DNA of 61,950 bases, counting the filler. It is 3 parts of 3 records of this genome, joined end to end, with 100 filler letters (N's around TTAATTAATTAA, not from the genome) between each part and the next. Parts side by side here need not be neighbours in the genome. Positions count along the whole stretch, not along the records: positions 18,115 to 49,938 come from DRR723986_1339; 2 more parts are not named here. The stretch is one strand, 5' to 3'. A program made the position numbers and the translations under genes. The notes under the pieces are model-generated. The model searched no databases and was not told the DNA's origin. It saw only the letters and a list, made by a program, of their open reading frames with translations. Of this stretch, positions 20,254 to 28,445 are shown piece after piece; positions within the stretch are counted from its first letter, which is position 1; each line of letters opens with the position of its first letter.

Positions 20254-21552
20254 ATGCCCAACAGAACACTGACCTACGCACTGACCCTGCTGGTGCTGCT
20301 CTGCGCCAGGCCAAGCCTGGCCAGCAGCGGCGCGACGATAGCGGCCATCTATATCGATGACCAACCCCAGCAGAGCGTCACCGGCGTAACGGTGTCGGTG
20401 GGCAAGGAACGTATGAGTGGCCCGCTGAACCTGCAGCAGCCCATACCCTCCGGAGCACGCATCCAGACACCCCCGCGGGTCACCCTGGACCTGCTCACCC
20501 AGAACCAGAACAGCCTGCGGGTGGCGCCGAATTCCGATGTCCGCATTGGGGTAAGCGCCCAGGGCGAGAACCACTCGGTCAGCAGCGGCAGCCTGTTCGC
20601 CTGGGTGAAGACAAAGCTGGACTTCTTCAACATCAGCGACAGTAACGGCCGCTTCCAGGGGGCCGCAAAATCAACCGCCTATGGCGCTACTGTCGGTCGC
20701 GGCGGCATCAGTTTCACTACCAGCGAAGGCGTCATCCGGGTCAACCAGCAGGTGCCGGTCAGCGTCGCCGGTACCGCGGTCAAGACCAATGGGCGCAGCC
20801 CGCTGACAGTGACCCGCTCTTCCAGCCTGGCGGCTGACCAGGGCTCGCAATCCTTCGACTTCGAGGCCTTCCAGTCACAACCGCAGGACTTTGCCAGCTT
20901 CGATGACGCCACCGACAGCCTGCAACAGTGGATTGCCCAGGCAGAGGCCGCCCACGACTGGGAGGCGGCAGTCGACCTGTATTCCACCCTGGGAGGGATG
21001 TATCTCGACGAGGGCGAGGCAGACGAGGCGGTGAGCTACCTCAACCGGGCCCTGGAGATCAATTACACCAATGGTTCCGGCCTGCTTGACCCGAGTTTCT
21101 CGGAAGATCACACCTTGCTGGGCTATGCCTTCCTGGAGCTGGAGTGGCCCATCCTGGCGCTGCTCAATTTCCGCCGGGCAGAAGAAATCCTGCTGGAAAT
21201 CGATCCCTATAACCCTTTGCTTGCCGATTCATGGATCGACCAGGCCGAAGCACTGCAGCAACTGGGCGACGAGCAGAGCTCGGTTGAACTCGCGCTCCAG
21301 GCAGCGGAACTGCTGGGTTACCAGTTAGACGAGGACATGGCACTGCTGGACGAGTGGATGGAGTCGGATGATCTGGAAATGCAGTACCTGGCCATCGACT
21401 ATGCCTGGGAAGTCAGCGATCGCCTGATGAGTATGGGCTGGGCGCTCCAGTTTGCCCAGCAGCCCGCGGAAGCGGATGAGTTATTCGCTACCGCCGGGGA
21501 ACTGGAGGATTTCATCAGCGACTGGGAAGCAGAAGTCGATGCCTATCGCTAA
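20254..21552 (+). CDS. Exported protein with a FecR-like beta domain and a very acidic TPR-like C-terminus
   Basis: Signal peptide; FecR-pattern segment GARIQT...SLRVAPNSDVRI...AAKSTAYGATV...TTSEGVIRV; TPR-like helices (LYSTLGGMYLDEGEADEAVSYLNRALEI). Confidence 0.7.
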   Translation: MPNRTLTYALTLLVLLCARPSLASSGATIAAIYIDDQPQQSVTGVTVSVGKERMSGPLNLQQPIPSGARIQTPPRVTLDLLTQNQNSLRVAPNSDVRIGVSAQGENHSVSSGSLFAWVKTKLDFFNISDSNGRFQGAAKSTAYGATVGRGGISFTTSEGVIRVNQQVPVSVAGTAVKTNGRSPLTVTRSSSLAADQGSQSFDFEAFQSQPQDFASFDDATDSLQQWIAQAEAAHDWEAAVDLYSTLGGMYLDEGEADEAVSYLNRALEINYTNGSGLLDPSFSEDHTLLGYAFLELEWPILALLNFRRAEEILLEIDPYNPLLADSWIDQAEALQQLGDEQSSVELALQAAELLGYQLDEDMALLDEWMESDDLEMQYLAIDYAWEVSDRLMSMGWALQFAQQPAEADELFATAGELEDFISDWEAEVDAYR

Positions 21553-23173
21553 ACGACTGGCGGCGTATACCGCCATCTTCCTGGCCCTGCTGCTGCTCGT
21601 CGGGAGCCTGCTGGGCGCCGCCTGGCGCCCGCTTGATTACATCGTGTTCAAGGCGCTGGCGATCGGTGACTCCCCGCAGCTTGAAGACGACATCCGGATC
21701 ATTGACCTGCCCTACTACAAGGCCGGCTCCGGCTCCTTCGACCTGCCTGACTTCCGCGCCCGCACCGTTGACCTGCTGCAGCAGATCGGCGAGCTGAGCG
21801 CCAACTATGAGCGGCCACGCGCGGTAATTCTTGACCTCTACTACGGGAGCGACCAACGCCTTGTGCCGGAGCTATTGGCCGCCATCGCGGGGCTGCAGGA
21901 GAAAAAAATCCGGGTCTACGGCGTGTTCGACACCATGGGCCTGGCGGGCACCTCCTTTGAACAGCGCCGGGCGGATCACGCCATGGCAATCTACGAGCGC
22001 CTCGACGGCGGTCTGCTGCATACCCGGTTCGACCAGAAGCTGGGAGCCATCACCTACCGTTCCCATCTCGAGATACACTACGACCAGGAAGATATGCAGG
22101 CCAGGGTTATGGCGCTGCCTCTGCGCGTTGCCATGGATCTGAACCAGATCGAGGAACCTGACCCAGTGCGGGAGTATGTGCTGCCCCACGGTGACCAGGC
22201 CGATGTAACGAGCAAGACACTCCAGTTCACTCACCCGCAGGGCAGTACCAGCGGCGGCCGTTTCCTGCAGCAGGGGACCGAGCTGGCCGCGCCTGACATC
22301 CACGACAAGTTGCTGATCGTCGCCAGCTTCGAGGGCGACCGCGTGGTCCAGGGTCGACCCGGCCCCGAGCACCTTGCCTGGGCGCTGGATGACCAGCGCA
22401 ACGGCAACCGCAATGCGCGGATACCGATGAACCAGCCCCTGATTATCGTCGGCGTGGTGCTGTTTGTGGCCGCGTGGACCGCGCTGGTTTATGCCGTGCT
22501 GTTCAAATACGCCAAGTCCCTGCAGACCCGGCCTGGCGCACTGGCGTTACTGGCCCTGCTCGCCGGACTTGCTGCCATCGGTGGACTATCGGCCCTGGTG
22601 CTGATGATTGGCCAGGTGCTGCCAGTCGGCCTGGCGCTGTTCGCGGCGGCGCTGGCCGCAGCGGTGGCCTGGCACTTCGCCAATCGGTTCCTGGTGACCG
22701 GCGTGGCGGAAGGTTCCGGCAAGTACGACGTGTTTATCAGTTATTCACGCAAAGACGGCGACTGGGTCTACAACAGCCTGTACAAACCGCTGAGCGAGCT
22801 GCGCAAAGCCGATGGCTCGGCTCTGTCGATCTTCTTCGATCGCAACGAGATCAGCCTGGGGGAGGCTTTTACCTCGAAATATATGTGGGCGATCGTCGAT
22901 AGCCAGCATTTCATACCGGTATTCTCGGAAAACTATTACGGCACGCGTAGCCACGGCCGCAATGAAATGGACCTGGCCTACAAGCGCCATGTCGAAAAGA
23001 GTATCCGAATACTTCCAGTGGCTTTCTCCGATGACAGCGTGCCGGAGATTTACAATGGATTGAATTACCTGAACGTGACCACCGAGACCGAATTTTTCGC
23101 CGCGCTGGCAGCCGAACTGACCGCGCCGGAAGCGTCAGCCAGGGACGATTCGGATTCCGCAGGTAGCGCCTGA
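21539..23173 (+). CDS. CHASE2-like sensor - 3TM - TIR domain membrane receptor
   Basis: N-terminal TM, PLDY..F, IRIIDL, PRAVILDLYY, KLLIVAS, PGPEHLAWAL (CHASE2 pattern); three TMs; then YDVFISYSRKDGDWV...IFFDRNEISLGE...AIVDSQHFIPVFSENY...RNEMDLA...ILPV (TIR); overlaps the upstream gene by 14 nt. Confidence 0.85.
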   Translation: MPIAKRLAAYTAIFLALLLLVGSLLGAAWRPLDYIVFKALAIGDSPQLEDDIRIIDLPYYKAGSGSFDLPDFRARTVDLLQQIGELSANYERPRAVILDLYYGSDQRLVPELLAAIAGLQEKKIRVYGVFDTMGLAGTSFEQRRADHAMAIYERLDGGLLHTRFDQKLGAITYRSHLEIHYDQEDMQARVMALPLRVAMDLNQIEEPDPVREYVLPHGDQADVTSKTLQFTHPQGSTSGGRFLQQGTELAAPDIHDKLLIVASFEGDRVVQGRPGPEHLAWALDDQRNGNRNARIPMNQPLIIVGVVLFVAAWTALVYAVLFKYAKSLQTRPGALALLALLAGLAAIGGLSALVLMIGQVLPVGLALFAAALAAAVAWHFANRFLVTGVAEGSGKYDVFISYSRKDGDWVYNSLYKPLSELRKADGSALSIFFDRNEISLGEAFTSKYMWAIVDSQHFIPVFSENYYGTRSHGRNEMDLAYKRHVEKSIRILPVAFSDDSVPEIYNGLNYLNVTTETEFFAALAAELTAPEASARDDSDSAGSA

Positions 23174-23207
23174 CCTCGCGGCCAGGCGTAGCGGCGTCCT
23201 GCCTGGC

Positions 23208-23369
23208 TCAGGTCTGGGTACCGGGCGGTCCCGGGCGCTGGGTGCCGGGGGGTCCCGGACGCTGAGTCCCGGGCGGTCCCGGGCGTTGGGTGCCGGGGGG
23301 TCCCGGACGCTGGGTCCCGGGCGGTCCCGGACGTTCTGTACCTTCCTTTTCCTTGTCCTGGTCAGACAT
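23208..23369 (-). CDS. 53-aa tandem-repeat peptide MSDQDKEKEGTE(RPGPPGTQ)5T
   Basis: AGGAG 6 nt before the ATG at 23369; repeat units differ only at third codon positions. Confidence 0.8.
   Translation of the reverse strand: MSDQDKEKEGTERPGPPGTQRPGPPGTQRPGPPGTQRPGPPGTQRPGPPGTQT
23214..23333 (-). repeat. Five tandem 24-nt units encoding RPGPPGTQ
   Basis: Consensus CGY CCG GGA CCS CCC GGB ACY CAR; units alternate between two sub-types (48-nt higher-order period). Confidence 0.95.
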
Positions 23370-23422
23370 GCACATCTCCTTGCGTTTACCTCTGCCTAAA
23401 CCTAGTCGCTGGATGGGGATTG

Positions 23423-25420
23423 TCAATCTGGCACCGTGGCCAGGATCGCATCAAAGCGCGCGGGATCCAGCGCCCGGAGCTTGACCAGGTCAGGATCCTC
23501 GAGCAGGAGCTCCGCCGAGAAGCCCAGCGACCTTGCCTGTGCCAGCGCCACATAGGCCGACTCCGGGTTGGCCAGGGCCCAGTGCACCAGGGCGGCAAAG
23601 TAGTGCGAAGTCGGCGGCGAACTGCCGGTAGCGAGCATGCGCTGGGTATAGGCCAGCGCCTCCGACTCGTGCCCCGAGTACGCGTGGTACAAGCCGAGCA
23701 GGCCCAGCGTTTCCCAGTCGTTGGGGTTACGTGACAGGCGTTGTTCGGCGAGGGAGATGGCTTGGGCATAGTTGGCCAGTTCCTGCTCCCTGTCACCCAG
23801 CGCACGATAGCTCTCGGCGATCCGCCCCCAGACCCGATGATCATCGGCAATGTTGCCGGCGGCGGCCTCATGCATCGCCGCGGCCCGGGCATAGTTGCCC
23901 TGGTAGTAATACAGCAGCCCGAGGTTGGTGTAGCTGATACCGAGGGAGCCGATGCTGTCGGCGCCTGCCTGCTCTATCACCTGCATCCACACCTGCTCCG
24001 CCTCGGCTTCCCGGCCGAGCATGTACAGGGCTGAGCCCTGGCCGATGAGTGCGCTGAGCAGGTCAGGTACCTTCACCAGGACCTCGTCATAGGCAAGCCG
24101 GGCTTTGTCATACTGCGCGGCAGCTATATAGAAATTCGCCAGCACAAGCCGGGTTTCCCAGTTGCTTTCGTCAAGGGCGACCGCACGCTGGAGATAGTCC
24201 TCGGCCTCCTCGTAGCGCCCGGTATCACCATAGGTCTTGCCGATTTCCTGCAAGGTCCGCGGGCGATCAGGGTAGTCGCGGTCGGCGGCGAACAGGTAAT
24301 CCAGTGACTTGGCGTATTCTCCCGCCTCGCGGTAGAGCACGCCCAGGGCGATCTGCACATCCCAGCCCGGTATGCCTGACTCGGACTTCGCCAGCGCCCG
24401 GAGGCAGGCCCGTTCCGCCAGGCTAAATGCCTCAGCTTCCCGGCTGTGGCTGTACTGCGCCAGTTGCGCGTCGCAGATGCCGGCAAAGGCGTCGGCGTAG
24501 TCCGGGTCGATCTCAACCGCTTCGGTAAAAAATGCGACCGCCTCATCAAGAATCGCGTCATTCCACGGCAGGCGCAGCTGGGCGCGGCCCTTCAGGTAGG
24601 CGTTGTAGGCGTCAAAGTTGGTGGTCGATGGACCAAGGGGCAGCGCACCCTCCTCCATGATCATCGGACGAATCGCACGCACGACTGCTCCGGCGATCTG
24701 GTCCTGCAGCGCGAATATGTCCTCCAGGGTGCCGTCATAGGTCTCCGACCAGAGGTGGTAGCCGTTGCTGGTATCGATCAACTGGGCGGTGACCCGCACG
24801 GCATCGCCGGTTTTGCGGACACTGCCCTCCAGCAGGGTCGCTACGCCCAGCGAGCGCCCGATAGCCATCACATCCTCGGTGGTGTCGCGAAAATGAAACG
24901 ACGAGGTTCTGGCGGCGACACGCAGGCCTTCAACCTGGGCCAGCACATTGAGCAGTTCTTCGGAAATACCATCACTGAAATAGGCATTGTCCGGGTCGCT
25001 GCTCATATTGGCGAAGGGCAGCACCGCAATCGACTGCGCCTGCGGATCGTCGACCGCCCAGGGAATCGTGCCGCGCTGCAGGTATAAACGTTCGTAATAG
25101 AGGTAACCAACCATCAGTACCAGGGTGCAGATCAGCACGAACTGCAAGGCATGGGCAGTGGATATCCTCGGCGGCGCGGCTTGTGCTTCCGGTGAGGGAA
25201 TAAGCCCCTCAGACGAGAGGTCAAAAACCCAGGACAGGAGCATGGCCACCGGGAAACCGCCAGCCATAATGTAGAGCATCAGGCGCATGGACCATTCAGG
25301 CAGCCCCATGATAGGCAGCATGATGTCGGCGACCTGAAGCACGGCCCAGGCCGCCGCCGCATAGGCGAAGGCAACCCTGAATACCTTACGGCGCTTCAGT
25401 TCGGCGATAAACGCCTGCAT
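23423..25420 (-). CDS. Membrane-anchored TolB-like(N)/TPR protein
   Basis: ELKRRKVFRVAFAY plus 3 TMs, SIAVLPFANMSSDPDNAYFSDGISEELLN, LEGSVRK, HLWSETYD, then multiple TPRs. Confidence 0.88.
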   Translation of the reverse strand: MQAFIAELKRRKVFRVAFAYAAAAWAVLQVADIMLPIMGLPEWSMRLMLYIMAGGFPVAMLLSWVFDLSSEGLIPSPEAQAAPPRISTAHALQFVLICTLVLMVGYLYYERLYLQRGTIPWAVDDPQAQSIAVLPFANMSSDPDNAYFSDGISEELLNVLAQVEGLRVAARTSSFHFRDTTEDVMAIGRSLGVATLLEGSVRKTGDAVRVTAQLIDTSNGYHLWSETYDGTLEDIFALQDQIAGAVVRAIRPMIMEEGALPLGPSTTNFDAYNAYLKGRAQLRLPWNDAILDEAVAFFTEAVEIDPDYADAFAGICDAQLAQYSHSREAEAFSLAERACLRALAKSESGIPGWDVQIALGVLYREAGEYAKSLDYLFAADRDYPDRPRTLQEIGKTYGDTGRYEEAEDYLQRAVALDESNWETRLVLANFYIAAAQYDKARLAYDEVLVKVPDLLSALIGQGSALYMLGREAEAEQVWMQVIEQAGADSIGSLGISYTNLGLLYYYQGNYARAAAMHEAAAGNIADDHRVWGRIAESYRALGDREQELANYAQAISLAEQRLSRNPNDWETLGLLGLYHAYSGHESEALAYTQRMLATGSSPPTSHYFAALVHWALANPESAYVALAQARSLGFSAELLLEDPDLVKLRALDPARFDAILATVPD

Positions 25421-25520
25421 AGAGATTGGCTCTTGTGCTGAATCCGGCCTGACTATAGCACCTCCCCGATGCAGCCTGAACTGAAATGCGCCTGCGGCAG
25501 GCTTGTTCCATGCGTTGCAA

Positions 25521-25548
25521 TTGCTATTCGGAACGGCTGCTCTATGAT
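25521..25548 (+). promoter_or_regulatory. Putative sigma70 promoter of the caspase operon
   Basis: TTGCTA-N16-TATGAT about 40 nt upstream of ATG 25589. Confidence 0.4.
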
Positions 25549-25588
25549 TAGGGAACACTATTAGCTGAACGGCATTGATACCCGCCCG

Positions 25589-26548
25589 ATGAATAAGCGA
25601 GCACTACTGGTCGGCATCCAGGACTACGATTACGCACCGCAGCTTTTCTGCTGCGCCGAAGACGCCCGGGCAATGGCCGATGTCCTCGGACGCCACGCTG
25701 ACGGCGCGCTCAATTACGAATGCCTGGCCCTGACCAGTGATCAGGGACGAATCACCGAGGCCGAACTGCGCGGCAAGGTACGCGAGCTGTTTGCCGACGT
25801 GGCCGGCGGCGAGGTGATCTTCTACTTTTCGGGGCACGGGGTCATAACCGATACCGGCGGCTACCTGGTAACCCAGGACGGCCAGGTAAATGACCAGGGT
25901 TACCCGATGTCCGAACTGCTGCAGATCGCAAACCGCAGCGGCGTTGGCTCGGTCCTGCTGATTCTCGACTGCTGCCATAGCGGCAGTATCGGTGGTAGCG
26001 GTGCAGACCCTTACCAGAACCAGGTGCTGCTCAGCGAGGGCGTCACCATCCTGGCCGCCTCATCACCGCAACAGGAATCCCGCGAGGGTCTGGAGCACAG
26101 CCTGTTCACTGAACTGGTGCTGGACGCGCTCAATGGTGGCGCCGCTGATATCCGGGGCAATGTGTCCGCGGCCTCTTTGTACGGCTATGTAGAGCAGTCT
26201 CTGGGGGCCTGGCAGCAGCGCCCCATGTACAAGTCCAACGCGCGCAGGCTGAACCCGATCAGACACTGCGAACCGGCGGTACCTGACCAGTTGCTGCGCC
26301 AGCTGCCGACACTGTTCACCTCGCCGCAACTGGCCATTGCGCTCGACCCGGGCTTTGAACACACCGATCCCAGTGCCGAGGCGGAAAAGGTCGCAATGTT
26401 CGACCAGTTCAAGGCCCTGCGCAACGCACGCCTGCTGGAGACGGCCGGCGGCGAAGACCTGTACTACGCTGCCATGCGCGGCGGCTCAGTCAAACTCACA
26501 CCGCTGGGACGATTTTACTGGCAGCTGGTAAAGAACCGGCGGATATAG
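25589..26548 (+). CDS. Caspase-like cysteine protease (peptidase C14) with a C-terminal accessory domain
   Basis: RALLVGI, FYFSGHG (His), ILDCCHSG (Cys), TILAAS, SLFT..LDALNGGAAD; C-tail LDPGFE...YYAAMRGGSVKLTPLGRFYWQLVKNRRI. Confidence 0.93.
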   Translation: MNKRALLVGIQDYDYAPQLFCCAEDARAMADVLGRHADGALNYECLALTSDQGRITEAELRGKVRELFADVAGGEVIFYFSGHGVITDTGGYLVTQDGQVNDQGYPMSELLQIANRSGVGSVLLILDCCHSGSIGGSGADPYQNQVLLSEGVTILAASSPQQESREGLEHSLFTELVLDALNGGAADIRGNVSAASLYGYVEQSLGAWQQRPMYKSNARRLNPIRHCEPAVPDQLLRQLPTLFTSPQLAIALDPGFEHTDPSAEAEKVAMFDQFKALRNARLLETAGGEDLYYAAMRGGSVKLTPLGRFYWQLVKNRRI

Positions 26549-26557
26549 GAGCGTTAC

Positions 26558-27076
26558 ATGTCGGACTCCGATACTTCCAGGGCCGTGCGGCCAGACGAAT
26601 ACGGGGACAGTTACCGGGCGGACTTCCTTACCATGTACCATGAGTACGTGGCGTCTGCCGACCGGATTTCAGAGCGCAGGACCGCCGCCAATACTTTCTT
26701 TGTCAGCGCCAACGCGGCGCTTCTCGGCCTCAACGGCTACTTCCTGCAGAAAGACGGGGAGCCTTCCCTGCTGATCAACGATGCCCTGTGGGTACCCGCA
26801 GTAGCGGCCATCCTCATGTGCTGGATCTGGCGCGGCCTGATTTCATCCTACAAAAGCCTTAACGGCGCCAAGTTCGGGGTCATCCTGGCCATGGAGCGCC
26901 AGCTTCCCGCGGCACCGTATACGGACGAGTGGGCAAACCTGCAGGACAGCCAGCGCAGCAGCAAACACATTCCGCTCAGTGATTCGGAGAAGTACGTGCC
27001 CATGGTCTTCATGATCGTCAACGTGGGTATCTTCACCCTGAGCTTTACCAATTTCATTCTTGGCAAGGTCAGCTAG
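26558..27076 (+). CDS. RipA-like small oligomeric membrane protein (2 core TMs plus a hydrophobic C-tail)
   Basis: Y..YV.SADRISERR..AN.FFVS.N, W...I.SY..LN.AKF.VI..ME.QLP..PY..EW pattern, recalled from Francisella RipA-like proteins; GGAG RBS. Confidence 0.7.
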   Translation: MSDSDTSRAVRPDEYGDSYRADFLTMYHEYVASADRISERRTAANTFFVSANAALLGLNGYFLQKDGEPSLLINDALWVPAVAAILMCWIWRGLISSYKSLNGAKFGVILAMERQLPAAPYTDEWANLQDSQRSSKHIPLSDSEKYVPMVFMIVNVGIFTLSFTNFILGKVS

Positions 27077-27085
27077 GAGATCAGT

Positions 27086-27931
27086 ATGCCCAGGGGCTTA
27101 TCCCTACATATCGGAGTCAACGTCTGCGACCCGGATCACTACGGCGGCTGGTCCGGCCCGCTGGAATGTTGCGAAGCGGATGCGGACGCCATTCACGGCC
27201 TGGCCGTGGAAGCCGGATTCGAACCGACGGTGCTGAAGACGGCACAGGCCACGCGTACTGCCGTGGCCGATGCCATCAGCTCGGCGGCTGCCACCTGTGA
27301 GGCCGGCGACTTCTTGCTGGTGAGCTACGCGGGGCACGGTGGCCAGATTGCCGACGTCGATGGCGATGAGAGCGACCAGATCGACGAGACCTGGTGCCTG
27401 TACGACGGCCAGTTACTCGACGACGAACTGAACGTCCTATGGGCAAAATTCCATGCGGGCGTGCGTATCCTGGTGCTGTCAGACAGTTGTCATAGCGGCT
27501 CGGTAACCAAGAGCGTCGCCAGCCGGCGCGGGGCGATGGGCGCTCGCAACGCCCTGTTCTCCGGGACAGCGCCACAGGCGGCGGGAAAGGCCCGCTTCAT
27601 GCCCCGACAGGCCGCGGCAGCGACCCAGCGCAAGAACCGTGATTTTTACGCCGGGCTGCAGACCTCCCTCCCCAACCCGCGACCGGCGATCAAGGCCAGC
27701 GTCAGGCTGCTCTCGGGCTGCCAGGATAACCAGCTCTCCACCGAACTGGACGGCAACGGGGTCTTTACCCGCAATGTGCTGCGGGTATGGGACAAGGGTA
27801 ACTTCCAGGGCGACTATCGGGAATTTCACCGCGCTGTTATCACCAATATGCACGAAAGCCAGCAACCCAATCACCTGGTGATTGGCGGTGAAAATTCCGA
27901 GTTCGACGCTCAGCGACCGTTTTCCATCTGA
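27086..27931 (+). CDS. Metacaspase-like peptidase C14
   Basis: SYAGHGGQ, DGDESDQIDETWCLYD..LLDDEL, LSDSCHSGS, LLSGCQDNQLS, GVFT, QQPN. Confidence 0.93.
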   Translation: MPRGLSLHIGVNVCDPDHYGGWSGPLECCEADADAIHGLAVEAGFEPTVLKTAQATRTAVADAISSAAATCEAGDFLLVSYAGHGGQIADVDGDESDQIDETWCLYDGQLLDDELNVLWAKFHAGVRILVLSDSCHSGSVTKSVASRRGAMGARNALFSGTAPQAAGKARFMPRQAAAATQRKNRDFYAGLQTSLPNPRPAIKASVRLLSGCQDNQLSTELDGNGVFTRNVLRVWDKGNFQGDYREFHRAVITNMHESQQPNHLVIGGENSEFDAQRPFSI

Positions 27932-27965
27932 GGTATTTCCACAACCCTGCCCTGTTCAGGCAGGC

Positions 27966-27991
27966 ATAAAAAAAGGCGCCGTAATGGCGCC
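27966..27991 (-). terminator. Terminator hairpin between convergent operons
   Basis: ATAAAAAAAGGCGCC-GTAAT-GGCGCC; U-tract on the minus strand, ending the SnoaL transcript. Confidence 0.75.
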
Positions 27992-28011
27992 CTGGAGATG
28001 AGAAACCGCTA

Positions 28012-28410
28012 TCAGGTCAGCGGGTTTTCACCACTCATGTAGATGTAAACTTCCTGGAACTTGTCACCGCGGATCCGCCAGAAGTTGGTGTTGTACAACA
28101 GCGTGGTATTGCCGTCGGCGTCAACCAGTTCTGCCGTGAAGCAGGCAGTGATACGTCCATTGGTTTCATCCACCGTGCAGGTGAAATCCCGATGGATGAT
28201 CGTGTCCCAGGCGCCCATGAAATCGATAAACATGCGCTTGATGTTGTCCTTGCCATCGTGCACGGCAAAGGCAGTTTGCACGGTGATCATGGCATTGTCG
28301 TGGAAACAGTCGAGGACCGCCTCCAGGTTTTTCTTGTCGACGTTGCCGAAGTACTTGTTCAACGCGAGATCAACCAGCTCATCGCGCGACAGGGAAGATT
28401 GGTATTGCAT
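28012..28410 (-). CDS. SnoaL/NTF2-like protein
   Basis: YFGNVD...VLDCFHDNA...HDGKDNIKRMF...NFWRIRGDKFQEVYIYMSGEN. Confidence 0.85.
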   Translation of the reverse strand: MQYQSSLSRDELVDLALNKYFGNVDKKNLEAVLDCFHDNAMITVQTAFAVHDGKDNIKRMFIDFMGAWDTIIHRDFTCTVDETNGRITACFTAELVDADGNTTLLYNTNFWRIRGDKFQEVYIYMSGENPLT

Positions 28411-28445
28411 AGTGCTGTCCTCTTGAAGTCGGTATCGGCGCCTGA

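Noticed and set aside
23214-23333. 24-nt repeat array as a CRISPR array, REP cluster or collagen-like repeat
   Set aside because: No spacers or cas genes; variation is confined to synonymous codon positions; the 8-aa period does not fit Gly-X-Y.
23290-23484. Plus-strand repeat ORF (PGGPGRWV)
   Set aside because: Antisense reading of the peptide gene; the RBS and synonymous pattern support the minus strand.
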